A DNA stretch of 64,000 nucleotides, taken from the IMG/VR virus record IMGVR_UViG_3300023049_000574, positions 1 to 64,000 of that record; one strand, given 5' to 3'. Position numbers and translations under genes: made by a program. Under the pieces are notes generated by a model. That model saw only the letters and a program-made list of their open reading frames with translations, did no database searches and was not told the DNA's origin. The stretch comes from a virus. Position 1 is the first letter of the stretch. Each line of letters begins with the position of its first letter. Positions 51,429 to 60,028 of this stretch are shown in pieces.

Positions 51429-51792
51429 GACTTGTTTAATTGTAAATGGTAATAAGTATATCGAAATAATGATAAATGATATTACTATACGCCAAGATCA
51501 AGAACAATTTTCCTATTTCAATGAAAATAAAATGGAACTAGCTATTTCCACTTGGTGGAATATAGACCTTTTAGATTTTTTAAACGCAGGTGAACGTGTG
51601 GATATCTATTTTCTACATAGGGATTGTGTTGAACGAAACCTACTATTAAATTCATATAGCGTTGAGAGTGATCTAATATCGATAGACCTAGTAACTTATG
51701 ATAGACAAATAACAAGCTACAAGAAAGATTTTATCTATATAGCTTATATGAGAGATAAAAAAATAGATAACTTACTAGATGGAGATGGATAG
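51415..51792 (+). CDS. hypothetical protein with MRDKKIDNLL tag
   Basis: ORF. Confidence 0.7.
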   Translation: MIKNETCLIVNGNKYIEIMINDITIRQDQEQFSYFNENKMELAISTWWNIDLLDFLNAGERVDIYFLHRDCVERNLLLNSYSVESDLISIDLVTYDRQITSYKKDFIYIAYMRDKKIDNLLDGDG

Positions 51793-52219
51793 CACTACTG
51801 CAGAAACTGAGGATATTGTATTTATGGTATCTAAACACAGACTTACTAAAAATTTCTTCATAGAAGATGTGTATTACCAATTAGATGATTATAATAATAT
51901 TAGAATAGAAATACATTACGAAATTCAACAAGATAAAGAAGAACAAAGAGATATTATCATAACTGAATTATTTGATCATTTAGAATCTGAGTTCTTCTTG
52001 GATTCCATTTATTTTATGGAATCAAGTATCTATATAAGCAGAGTAGATGTATTTAATGGGAATAAAGAAAATGATGGTAAAATTTGGTTAGATATAACAG
52101 CAACAAGCAGGAAATACTCTACGAAGTTAGGTGATTTAAACCTTTTAGATACAAATGAATATAATATTTACAAAGCTAGTAAAAGAAACAAATTTATAGA
52201 TAATATAATCAATGAATGA
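51779..52219 (+). CDS. hypothetical protein with KRNKFIDNII tag
   Basis: ORF. Confidence 0.7.
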   Translation: MEMDSTTAETEDIVFMVSKHRLTKNFFIEDVYYQLDDYNNIRIEIHYEIQQDKEEQRDIIITELFDHLESEFFLDSIYFMESSIYISRVDVFNGNKENDGKIWLDITATSRKYSTKLGDLNLLDTNEYNIYKASKRNKFIDNIINE

Positions 52220-52394
52220 AATAGAAAGGTTAAAAGACGAACTAAGAAATATTGATGCTAAAAAAAGACGTGCTATCGAACATCAACAATATGAGACAGC
52301 AGCAGAAGCAAGAACAGAGGAAAAAAGACTAACAGAAATTATAGAAAAGTTAGAAAAAAGATACGATATAATAGATAGTATATTAAATGGATAA
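52212..52394 (+). CDS. UVR (UvrB/C coiled-coil) motif protein with KRYDIIDSIL tag
   Basis: KRRAIEHQQYETAAEARTEE. Confidence 0.7.
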   Translation: MNEIERLKDELRNIDAKKRRAIEHQQYETAAEARTEEKRLTEIIEKLEKRYDIIDSILNG

Positions 52395-52779
52395 TTATAT
52401 ACACGTATTAGAAGATAATAATGGATTTTATCCAATTGGTAAAGGTATATGCTCTCCTGTTGATCTGATACCGATGGACGAAGATCCTTCTAATATGAGA
52501 ATGCTTATGTTGATACGTATTCAAATATATGAAGATGCAGAACATATGCACGAAATTTTCAATAGGTTGGAAAAGTTTAATATCTATACAACAGATCCTA
52601 ACGATAGGCATTATTTTAGTGGCTGTGAACTATCTGATCTATATAGTAGAGAGTCTTTATCGGTATACTTAACGTATAAACAATATGAATATTTAAGTGA
52701 TGAAGAATTTAAAAACAAGATGTCGTACTTCAGTTCTATAATAAGAGATGATAAAATAGATGGGATATTAAATATATAA
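52387..52779 (+). CDS. hypothetical protein with IRDDKIDGIL tag
   Basis: ORF. Confidence 0.7.
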   Translation: MDNYIHVLEDNNGFYPIGKGICSPVDLIPMDEDPSNMRMLMLIRIQIYEDAEHMHEIFNRLEKFNIYTTDPNDRHYFSGCELSDLYSRESLSVYLTYKQYEYLSDEEFKNKMSYFSSIIRDDKIDGILNI

Positions 52780-52782
52780 GGT

Positions 52783-53268
52783 ATGGATTATATGAAAAGC
52801 TTTGAGTCGTTTGAAACAGATGATATAAAATATATGCTTAAAAGAGCAGAAAAGAATGGTGATATTGTTATTAAAACAAATGCTGATTCTGTCTTAAAAA
52901 ATTTACATGAAATAAAAATAGGTAGCTTTGAATCTCTTATTTTGAAAAACCCCAATAACTCAGTTGTTTATAAGTGGTTATATAAAGAACATATAACAGA
53001 GTTAATTGATAAATTTGGTGGGATGGGACTAGATGTTTCTGAGTTAAAGAAACTAAATAAAGGATATTTGGAAAGGCACTTTAATATTGATGAAAGGATA
53101 TCAGAACTTCTTTATGATGGTGATCCTGATTTCGAAACCGAAGAAGAAAGAGATAAGGAAGTTGAACGACTTCAAATAGAGTCTGATCAAGCTGAGACTA
53201 AAATGGAAGAAGTTAAAAAGGAGATCATAAAGCTCAAAGAACAAGCCCATAAAATATTAACTGATTAA
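52783..53268 (+). CDS. hypothetical protein, CTS-like start (MDYMKSFESFE)
   Basis: Late motif 4 nt upstream. Confidence 0.75.
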   Translation: MDYMKSFESFETDDIKYMLKRAEKNGDIVIKTNADSVLKNLHEIKIGSFESLILKNPNNSVVYKWLYKEHITELIDKFGGMGLDVSELKKLNKGYLERHFNIDERISELLYDGDPDFETEEERDKEVERLQIESDQAETKMEEVKKEIIKLKEQAHKILTD

Positions 53269-53298
53269 ACAATTATTCACTTTTAAACTATAAGGCTA

Positions 53299-54480
53299 GT
53301 GGAAGGACTAGAAATTAATATAGGATATATCAAAAGTGTGCTACAACAGATAGTTAATAAAGCACATACTCACCCCCAAAAGAAGGAAGTTAGAGAGAAA
53401 TCCAATGGCAAAGGTTTCCAAATAGCTTGTCCTTACTGTGGTGATAGTGATAAAAATCCCAATAAATATAGAGGTAACATAAACAGTATCTTATTTTACA
53501 AATGTTTCAACGATGGTTGTTTCAGAACAACTCACTTTACAAGTATGTGTAAAGACTTCGGTATAGATATCGATGGGGAAACAAAGAGGAATATCTATGA
53601 TTATTTAGATAACTATACAGATAAAGTTGATACGTTACAAGACGAACTATCAGAACATGGGTTAAATAACTTAATCGATTTGGATCAATTATCTAAATGT
53701 ATTAATGAAAACCTATGTGATTCCTCTTTATCTGATTTCAAACCAATAGAGAAGGGTTCTGCCCAATGGTATTATTTAGTTGAGAATAGAGGCTTAACTG
53801 ATCCAAAGATGTGGAAAAATATATATCAAGCCAATTTTCATATCACAGGCGATTGGATAGAGAAGAGTATTATCTTCCTAAATAAGCGTGGTAACAAAGT
53901 AATAGGCGCACAGATGCGTAACTTAAAGGATGGATATAAACGAAAGTTTAAGATCTATACTTTCTCTGATCTATATGAATGGGTTGGTGATAAAGAGTTA
54001 TCTGATGGTCAATTAATGATGTATAACAAACTAAGTTATTACTACGGTATATTAGAAGTTGATTTTAGTAAAGACCTTACTATATTCGAGGGATATGGTG
54101 ATGCTGTTCTTTTCCCAAATAGTATTGGATTAGCAGGTGTGAACACAGAATTGACATTTTTAGAAAATAATGGACTTAAAATTAGATACTTCTTTGATAA
54201 TGATGAAGCAGGATCTCCTAAAACAGAAGAAAAGATAAGAGAAGGGTTTCCTTGTTTCTTATGGAATAAGATGTTTGAATTTGTTGTTGATAAGAAGAAG
54301 TCTAGTGATCCATATTATCACGAAAGACAAATAAAGAAAGTGAAGGATTTAACTAACTTAAATAAATTAGTACCTAATTGTTATATTAAATTAGAGATGG
54401 AAAGTTATTTTTCAAAAGACGTATTTGATTTAAGATATGTCCCTAAAGCTGAAAAGAAAAAGTATTATAAGAAATCATAG
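53299..54480 (+). CDS. DNA primase (T4 gp61-like)
   Basis: CPYCGDS...CFNDGC zinc finger; TOPRIM IFEGYGDA, FDNDEAG. Confidence 0.9.
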   Translation: MEGLEINIGYIKSVLQQIVNKAHTHPQKKEVREKSNGKGFQIACPYCGDSDKNPNKYRGNINSILFYKCFNDGCFRTTHFTSMCKDFGIDIDGETKRNIYDYLDNYTDKVDTLQDELSEHGLNNLIDLDQLSKCINENLCDSSLSDFKPIEKGSAQWYYLVENRGLTDPKMWKNIYQANFHITGDWIEKSIIFLNKRGNKVIGAQMRNLKDGYKRKFKIYTFSDLYEWVGDKELSDGQLMMYNKLSYYYGILEVDFSKDLTIFEGYGDAVLFPNSIGLAGVNTELTFLENNGLKIRYFFDNDEAGSPKTEEKIREGFPCFLWNKMFEFVVDKKKSSDPYYHERQIKKVKDLTNLNKLVPNCYIKLEMESYFSKDVFDLRYVPKAEKKKYYKKS

Positions 54481-54517
54481 TTTATGAACTATTCTTGATA
54501 GGTTTTTAATACTATCT

Positions 54518-54676
54518 CTAAATCCTTCCATCTACTTCTCTACTCGGTTTAGTTTTACTATTAACGAATTTCATCATTTTTCTCGCTAATCTATCTTGAC
54601 CTAATACACTTGCTTTAGCTGCTGATTTTATATAAGTATCAGTGTTTAACTCGTTTATTTTCTTTAAATATTTCAT
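54518..54676 (-). CDS. 52-aa truncated paralogue of the 54673 N-terminus (not in ORF track)
   Basis: MKYLKKINELNTDTYIKSAAKA vs MEYLRKINELNAETYKNAAKKV. Confidence 0.6.
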   Translation of the reverse strand: MKYLKKINELNTDTYIKSAAKASVLGQDRLARKMMKFVNSKTKPSREVDGRI

Positions 54677-55320
54677 AATCTATCGTAATACTTTCTAGGT
54701 TGGATATTAGATTTGAATTCCTTAAAACTCCCAAAGATATTATTTATAAATTCATTGAACTCACCGTTTTCTATATCAGGTACTTCGGTGTCGTTTAACT
54801 TACCCATCATTTTAGCTACGGTATTTCTATCTTCCATCTTATAATACTTTTCTAATATAGCTATAAATGTATTAAAGTCCTTTCTAGATGCAAATTTATT
54901 TTTATCTCCTGTGAATTCCATATCGACTTTACCATTATCTTCTGTAATAGCACAGTTTAAACCTATGTGTTCATCGGGGTGTTGGTGTCCTATATCCTTT
55001 CTAAATTGTTCTAAATCTGCATTTAAGAAAATAAAACATATATCGGGTTCAGGTACATCTATATCAGCCATATTAACGTCCAATATTTTAGAACTTACCT
55101 TATGTAGATCCCCCTCATATAAAACTTCTTCGATATTCATCTTGAAACTATTTTGTTCTATTAAAGTTTGTTTAAGTCTATTCTCTTGGCTCATTGATCT
55201 AAACCTATACATCTTCATTAGATCTTGGTAGGTTTTCATTTGACCCATTTCTTTAACTTTCTTAGCAGCGTTTTTATACGTTTCTGCATTTAGCTCATTT
55301 ATTTTTCTTAAATATTCCAT
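54673..55320 (-). CDS. hypothetical protein, CTS-like start (MEYLRKINE)
   Basis: Paralogue of 55331 (FAS..DF..FI.IL.K.Y..ED...A.M.G.L.DT). Confidence 0.75.
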   Translation of the reverse strand: MEYLRKINELNAETYKNAAKKVKEMGQMKTYQDLMKMYRFRSMSQENRLKQTLIEQNSFKMNIEEVLYEGDLHKVSSKILDVNMADIDVPEPDICFIFLNADLEQFRKDIGHQHPDEHIGLNCAITEDNGKVDMEFTGDKNKFASRKDFNTFIAILEKYYKMEDRNTVAKMMGKLNDTEVPDIENGEFNEFINNIFGSFKEFKSNIQPRKYYDRL

Positions 55321-55330
55321 ATCCTATATA

Positions 55331-55885
55331 TTAAACCCTATTATGTTTTTTTAAAGTTGTTTCGAATTTATCAAAATTATCAAAGTTAGTTTTCACAAAC
55401 TCAAAAAACTCACCACCTTGTATATTATGGTCTTTTAGATCCGTATCACTTAATCTCCCAATCATAGTAGCAATAGCTCCTTTATCTTCTGATAAATAAA
55501 ACTTTCTTAATATGTTTATAAATTTTTGGAAATCTTCCTTTGATGCAAAGTTATTATCTCCTTCGCCATCATTATGTACTATTACTCCATCATGGTATAT
55601 ATCTAAATCAAATGATAATGAGTAATTTCCATTATAGCCTATCTTATCTTCTATTTCATTTTCTATATATGTATCTACAAATCCTAAAAATACATTAGCA
55701 CGATCTTCAACAGAAGAATCAACACCCGTTATTTTAATATCTACTATCATATCTATATCGGTATAATAAGTATCTGCTGTTATCGCATCTAATTTATATT
55801 TAAAACTTTCCTTTCCTAAAAATTCCCTAATTTCGTCCCTGTGGGATTCGTTTATAAATTGGTCGAATTTTTTTATAACTTTCAT
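55331..55885 (-). CDS. hypothetical protein, CTS-like start (MKVIKKFDQFINES)
   Basis: Late motif; paralogue of 54673. Confidence 0.75.
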   Translation of the reverse strand: MKVIKKFDQFINESHRDEIREFLGKESFKYKLDAITADTYYTDIDMIVDIKITGVDSSVEDRANVFLGFVDTYIENEIEDKIGYNGNYSLSFDLDIYHDGVIVHNDGEGDNNFASKEDFQKFINILRKFYLSEDKGAIATMIGRLSDTDLKDHNIQGGEFFEFVKTNFDNFDKFETTLKKHNRV

Positions 55886-55929
55886 ATAATATATATTAAA
55901 CTTTTGGATAATAAAATGATATTATATAT

Positions 55930-56121
55930 ATGGAAGATTATTACCAAGATTTAGAATTGATGAAATTGTACAAAGAAGGTAATTTACAAATCTTAACAGA
56001 TGGTTCTGTTTCTATTATAAACAAAATACAATATGTTCACTATAGAAAGGGTTCACCATTTACTAATCGATGCAAAATACTCATAAGAGATACAAAAATA
56101 GACCAAATACTAAATGATTAA
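55930..56121 (+). CDS. small protein with IRDTKIDQIL tag
   Basis: ORF. Confidence 0.7.
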   Translation: MEDYYQDLELMKLYKEGNLQILTDGSVSIINKIQYVHYRKGSPFTNRCKILIRDTKIDQILND

Positions 56122-56944
56122 GGCAGACGAATATTACCTAAACAACTTAAAAGAGATCCTAGAAAACGGATCATGGGATAAAGACCCTAGACCTTCTTAT
56201 AAAGACGGAACAAAAGCACATTCAAAATTCATTACACAAGTATTCGAAAAGTATGATATTTCTAAAGGGGAATACCCGATTACTACGTTAAGAAATACTG
56301 CAATTAAAACAGGGATAAAGGAAATGTTTTGGATCTACCAAAAACAAACTTCTTCATTAGAGGTAGCAAGGGAACTCGGTATCAATTGGTGGGAAGAATG
56401 GAACGTTGGTGATGGCACTATCGGTACTAGATACGGAGAAACTATTGCACGTTATGACTTGATGAATAAATTATTATGGGGTCTTAAAAAAGATCCGTTC
56501 TCAAGAAGACATATAATTGATATGTATCAATATACTGATCTAGAAGAGACGGATGGTTTATTTCCTTGTGCTTATTTGACTGAGTGGAGTGTTAGAGAAA
56601 AAGACGGAAGAATGTATATAGATATGACATTAAACCAAAGATCTAATGATTATATTATGGCAGGTTACATTAATAAGATACAATATGTAGCACTAATGGA
56701 AATGGTAGCAGCACATTTAGGTTATGAGGTGGGAGTATTTGCACATAAGGTACAAAATTTACATATCTATGATAGACATCTAGATGCGGCAAGAGAGATT
56801 TTAGACCGAGAACCATTAGATGTACAGCCATCCATTCTTTTAAAATCATATAAAGGTTTTTACGATTATACGATTAAAGATTTCGAAGTACATAATGTAA
56901 CAGGAATTAAAAAAATAGAATCAGAATTAGAAATAGCAATTTAA
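56114..56944 (+). CDS. thyA: thymidylate synthase
   Basis: PITTLR, SRR, LFPC, QRSND...N, NLHIYDRH. Confidence 0.93.
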   Translation: MIKADEYYLNNLKEILENGSWDKDPRPSYKDGTKAHSKFITQVFEKYDISKGEYPITTLRNTAIKTGIKEMFWIYQKQTSSLEVARELGINWWEEWNVGDGTIGTRYGETIARYDLMNKLLWGLKKDPFSRRHIIDMYQYTDLEETDGLFPCAYLTEWSVREKDGRMYIDMTLNQRSNDYIMAGYINKIQYVALMEMVAAHLGYEVGVFAHKVQNLHIYDRHLDAAREILDREPLDVQPSILLKSYKGFYDYTIKDFEVHNVTGIKKIESELEIAI

Positions 56945-56955
56945 TAATTAAAGAT

Positions 56956-57195
56956 ATGATAGAAGAAATAATAGAACAATATTCCGACGAAGAATTTTTA
57001 ATAGCTGATGGATTTGATGATGTTATTATAGGAATAGACGAAAAAGAAATGCGACTAATATATTCAGTGTCCTTATGTTTAGCGATATTAGAGGAAGAAA
57101 TGGATGAAGTAGATGCTATAGAATATTTCACCTTTAATGTGAGTGGTGCTTATGTTGGTGAAAAAACCCCAATATGGTGTTGGGATATTTACTAA
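56956..57195 (+). CDS. conserved phage hypothetical protein
   Basis: ADGFDDVIIG...EYF.FNV.GAYVGEKTPI. Confidence 0.7.
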   Translation: MIEEIIEQYSDEEFLIADGFDDVIIGIDEKEMRLIYSVSLCLAILEEEMDEVDAIEYFTFNVSGAYVGEKTPIWCWDIY

Positions 57196-57207
57196 TAAAA
57201 TATAGTT

Positions 57208-58179
57208 ATGAAATTACTTAATAAAATACATTTAATTGATAATTTAGAATTATCTAAAAAGATACCTGATAATTCTATTGCGTTGATATATGCCGATGTT
57301 CTTTATGGAACTAATAGCAAAGACATTAAAGATTATGATGATACTACATTCAATAATCCACAGGAAGCATTAGAATTTTACCGACCAAGATTTATCGAAT
57401 ATAAAAGGATACTCAAAAATAACGGGTCTATTTACATTCATTGTGATTGGCATTTATCTCATTATCTTAAAGTATTGATGGATGAAGTTTTTGGAATCGA
57501 TTGTTTCAAGAATGATATTATAAGACAATGCACAAATGCTAAAAACAACTCTAAGAATTGGGGTAGGATATATGATAACATCCTTTATTATACAATGGAT
57601 GAAAAAGATTATACCTGGAACTATGTTCAGGAAGTGAAATCAGAAGCTGAGTTACAGAAACAATATAATAAGGTAGATGATGAGGGAAGAATATATACTA
57701 CTGTTCCATTACATGGAAAGGGTGGCTCAAATGGGGTAACAGGTTTTGATTGGGAGCATCCCGAAAGAGGCACTATTAGTTTACCCAATGGTAGACATTG
57801 GGCTACTACTCCTGATAAACTACTTTTATTAGATCAAGAAGGTGGTGTTTCTTGGAGCAAGAATAACGTACCTAGAAAAATTCAGTATGCGGATGATTAT
57901 GATAGTAAGCATATTCAGAATATATGGGATATGAAATCAATCGGAACAAGACAGAAGAATAAAGATATGGTATATGATACACAGAAGCCATATGAATTAT
58001 TGAAGCGAATCATATTACAGTCTTCTAACGAAGGTGATATAATCTTTGATCCATTCGTGGGATCGGGTTGTACATGTGAAGTAGCTAGAGATCACAATAG
58101 GAAATTCTTAGGCTGTGACATCACAGAGAAGTCTGTTAATATATGTGAGAAGAAAGACTTTGAAATAATTAAACATTAG
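57208..58179 (+). CDS. beta-class DNA methyltransferase with atypical catalytic motif
   Basis: IYADVLY in place of DPPY; GSIYIHCDW; TQKP..LL.RII; DPFVGSG. Confidence 0.85.
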   Translation: MKLLNKIHLIDNLELSKKIPDNSIALIYADVLYGTNSKDIKDYDDTTFNNPQEALEFYRPRFIEYKRILKNNGSIYIHCDWHLSHYLKVLMDEVFGIDCFKNDIIRQCTNAKNNSKNWGRIYDNILYYTMDEKDYTWNYVQEVKSEAELQKQYNKVDDEGRIYTTVPLHGKGGSNGVTGFDWEHPERGTISLPNGRHWATTPDKLLLLDQEGGVSWSKNNVPRKIQYADDYDSKHIQNIWDMKSIGTRQKNKDMVYDTQKPYELLKRIILQSSNEGDIIFDPFVGSGCTCEVARDHNRKFLGCDITEKSVNICEKKDFEIIKH

Positions 58180-58260
58180 CATCTTAAAAAATATATAGCT
58201 AAATCATTAAACTAAAGTGGCTTTCTAATATATAAGAATACAAAAAAGAAGTAAACATGT

Positions 58261-58788
58261 ATGTCATTAGTTATCAATTTATTGGGAGGTCCAGGGATCG
58301 GAAAAAGCACATTAGCTGCAGAAATATTCGTCAATTTAAAAAAGAGAAGAATTAAATGTGAATATATCACCGAGTATGCGAAGGATAAGACATGGGAAGA
58401 ATCAAAAATGACATTAGAAAACCAAATATATGTATTTGGAAAACAACAACATAAAATGTTTCGAGTAAATAATAAAGTCGATTACTTAGTATGTGATTCG
58501 CCACTTATATTAAGTATTATATACGGGGATCTAACACCTGAATCAAATTTCTATAAATTGATTATGGAAGAGTTTGATAAATATAGAAATTTAAATATTT
58601 ACCTAACAAGAAAAACAGAATATGATCCTGTCGGTAGAAACCAAAATGAAAGTGGTGCAATTGAATTAGATGAGTCTATTAAGAAAGTGATAGATGAAAA
58701 CAATCTACCTTATATCGAATATGATATTAATAGTGATATCAATGTACTAATAGAAAAAATAATTAAAGAACACGAACATGGTCAATAA
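58261..58788 (+). CDS. P-loop kinase/ATPase (NadR/AAA_28-like)
   Basis: GGPGIGKST; EYAK; CDSP. Confidence 0.8.
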   Translation: MSLVINLLGGPGIGKSTLAAEIFVNLKKRRIKCEYITEYAKDKTWEESKMTLENQIYVFGKQQHKMFRVNNKVDYLVCDSPLILSIIYGDLTPESNFYKLIMEEFDKYRNLNIYLTRKTEYDPVGRNQNESGAIELDESIKKVIDENNLPYIEYDINSDINVLIEKIIKEHEHGQ

Positions 58789-59326
58789 CAATAAGAATAC
58801 TTTAGTGGATATCTTTAAACAAATATACCCTGATACAGAAATCAAAAGGATAGAAATACAAAAAGAGATTAATACAAAATACGAAACCGATTGTAAAAAA
58901 AGAAGGGAAGCGTGGACAAAACAAGTAAAGGAAGTAATGTCTGTTACTAATAACTATAACTTTAGTTTAGGTAACTCTAAACCCATAATCGATGCTCAGG
59001 CTAAATCCCTTAATTATAGACAAGCATTAAATGCAGAAATAGCAACTTATATGAAACGTCTAAGTGGTGTGAGAGTAGAGTTAAAGGAACTAGAGCAACA
59101 GAAAACCGTTTTCTACTTAACTGCAAATATTAGTCATCTAAATGTTAAACAAAAAGGGGAGAGAGATAAGATGATAGAAGGTAATCTTAGGGAGAATATT
59201 AGGACTGCCGAGATATTAGAAACACATATTGAATTCTTACGTGGTACTAGAGATCAATTAAATAACTTCCAATTCGCATTAAAGAATGTGATTGCGTTAG
59301 TAGATGTACTAAGTGGAAAAAGTTAA
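58778..59326 (+). CDS. helical protein, possibly UvsY-like
   Basis: Coiled-coil with C-terminal FALKNVI; weak resemblance only. Confidence 0.35.
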   Translation: MVNNNKNTLVDIFKQIYPDTEIKRIEIQKEINTKYETDCKKRREAWTKQVKEVMSVTNNYNFSLGNSKPIIDAQAKSLNYRQALNAEIATYMKRLSGVRVELKELEQQKTVFYLTANISHLNVKQKGERDKMIEGNLRENIRTAEILETHIEFLRGTRDQLNNFQFALKNVIALVDVLSGKS

Positions 59327-59381
59327 TCTAAACTATCTATTATAATATCCCTATTATGTTTCTTAATAGTTTTCCATAGTA

Positions 59382-59597
59382 TTATAGTCTTTCGAATTCT
59401 ATCTTGTGGTTAAAGGAATCTCCGTTTCCACTAGACCGCACTGCGTATTTATTACCTTCCTGATCAACTATCTCTGCATAGGTGGTATCTACTATTAGAA
59501 TTTCATATTCTTCGTCCATATGGTTATTTAAATAGTCTAACATAGTAATAGAATTGTCACTATGGTATTCATCGGTTGTCCAATAATAAGTATTCAT
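59382..59597 (-). CDS. hypothetical protein
   Basis: ORF. Confidence 0.65.
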   Translation of the reverse strand: MNTYYWTTDEYHSDNSITMLDYLNNHMDEEYEILIVDTTYAEIVDQEGNKYAVRSSGNGDSFNHKIEFERL

Positions 59598-60028
59598 TTC
59601 TTAACCTTTATTTTGAAACTTTCATGATACCTTCTCACTAAATAATTTTTTAAGATACTGAATAGTGTAAATAATATCGTGATCTCAGTGATATCTATTA
59701 GAGTAACACTGATATCAAACATTGGGTATATGACAAACGATGCTGAGAAACTAACAATAGTTCCTATTCCTGTTTGTAAAACAGATTCAAACATTGATTG
59801 ATGTTTCTTTTGTGTAGTTTGTAAATAATTAAAAAACCTTCTTATCCCATAGTTCTTCACTATGGCGATCAACATAAATATGAAGTTAACGCCTGCTATT
59901 TGTTGTATATTCGCTTCAACACCACATAGGGGAAATACTATAAACGCCATACTGAAGCCAACAATAGTTCCTATAAAGGTTTGTATAATACTTTCTAAAA
60001 ACGATTTTAATTTACTTTGCTGACCCAT
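59594..60028 (-). CDS. membrane protein made of two tandem two-TM repeats
   Basis: Q.K..S..ES..QT.IGTIV.F....+.P......KNY.+RR occurs twice. Confidence 0.75.
   Translation of the reverse strand: MGQQSKLKSFLESIIQTFIGTIVGFSMAFIVFPLCGVEANIQQIAGVNFIFMLIAIVKNYGIRRFFNYLQTTQKKHQSMFESVLQTGIGTIVSFSASFVIYPMFDISVTLIDITEITILFTLFSILKNYLVRRYHESFKIKVKK

Noticed and set aside
56114-56944. dCMP hydroxymethylase rather than ThyA
   Set aside because: It retains the dUMP-specifying Asn after QRSND.
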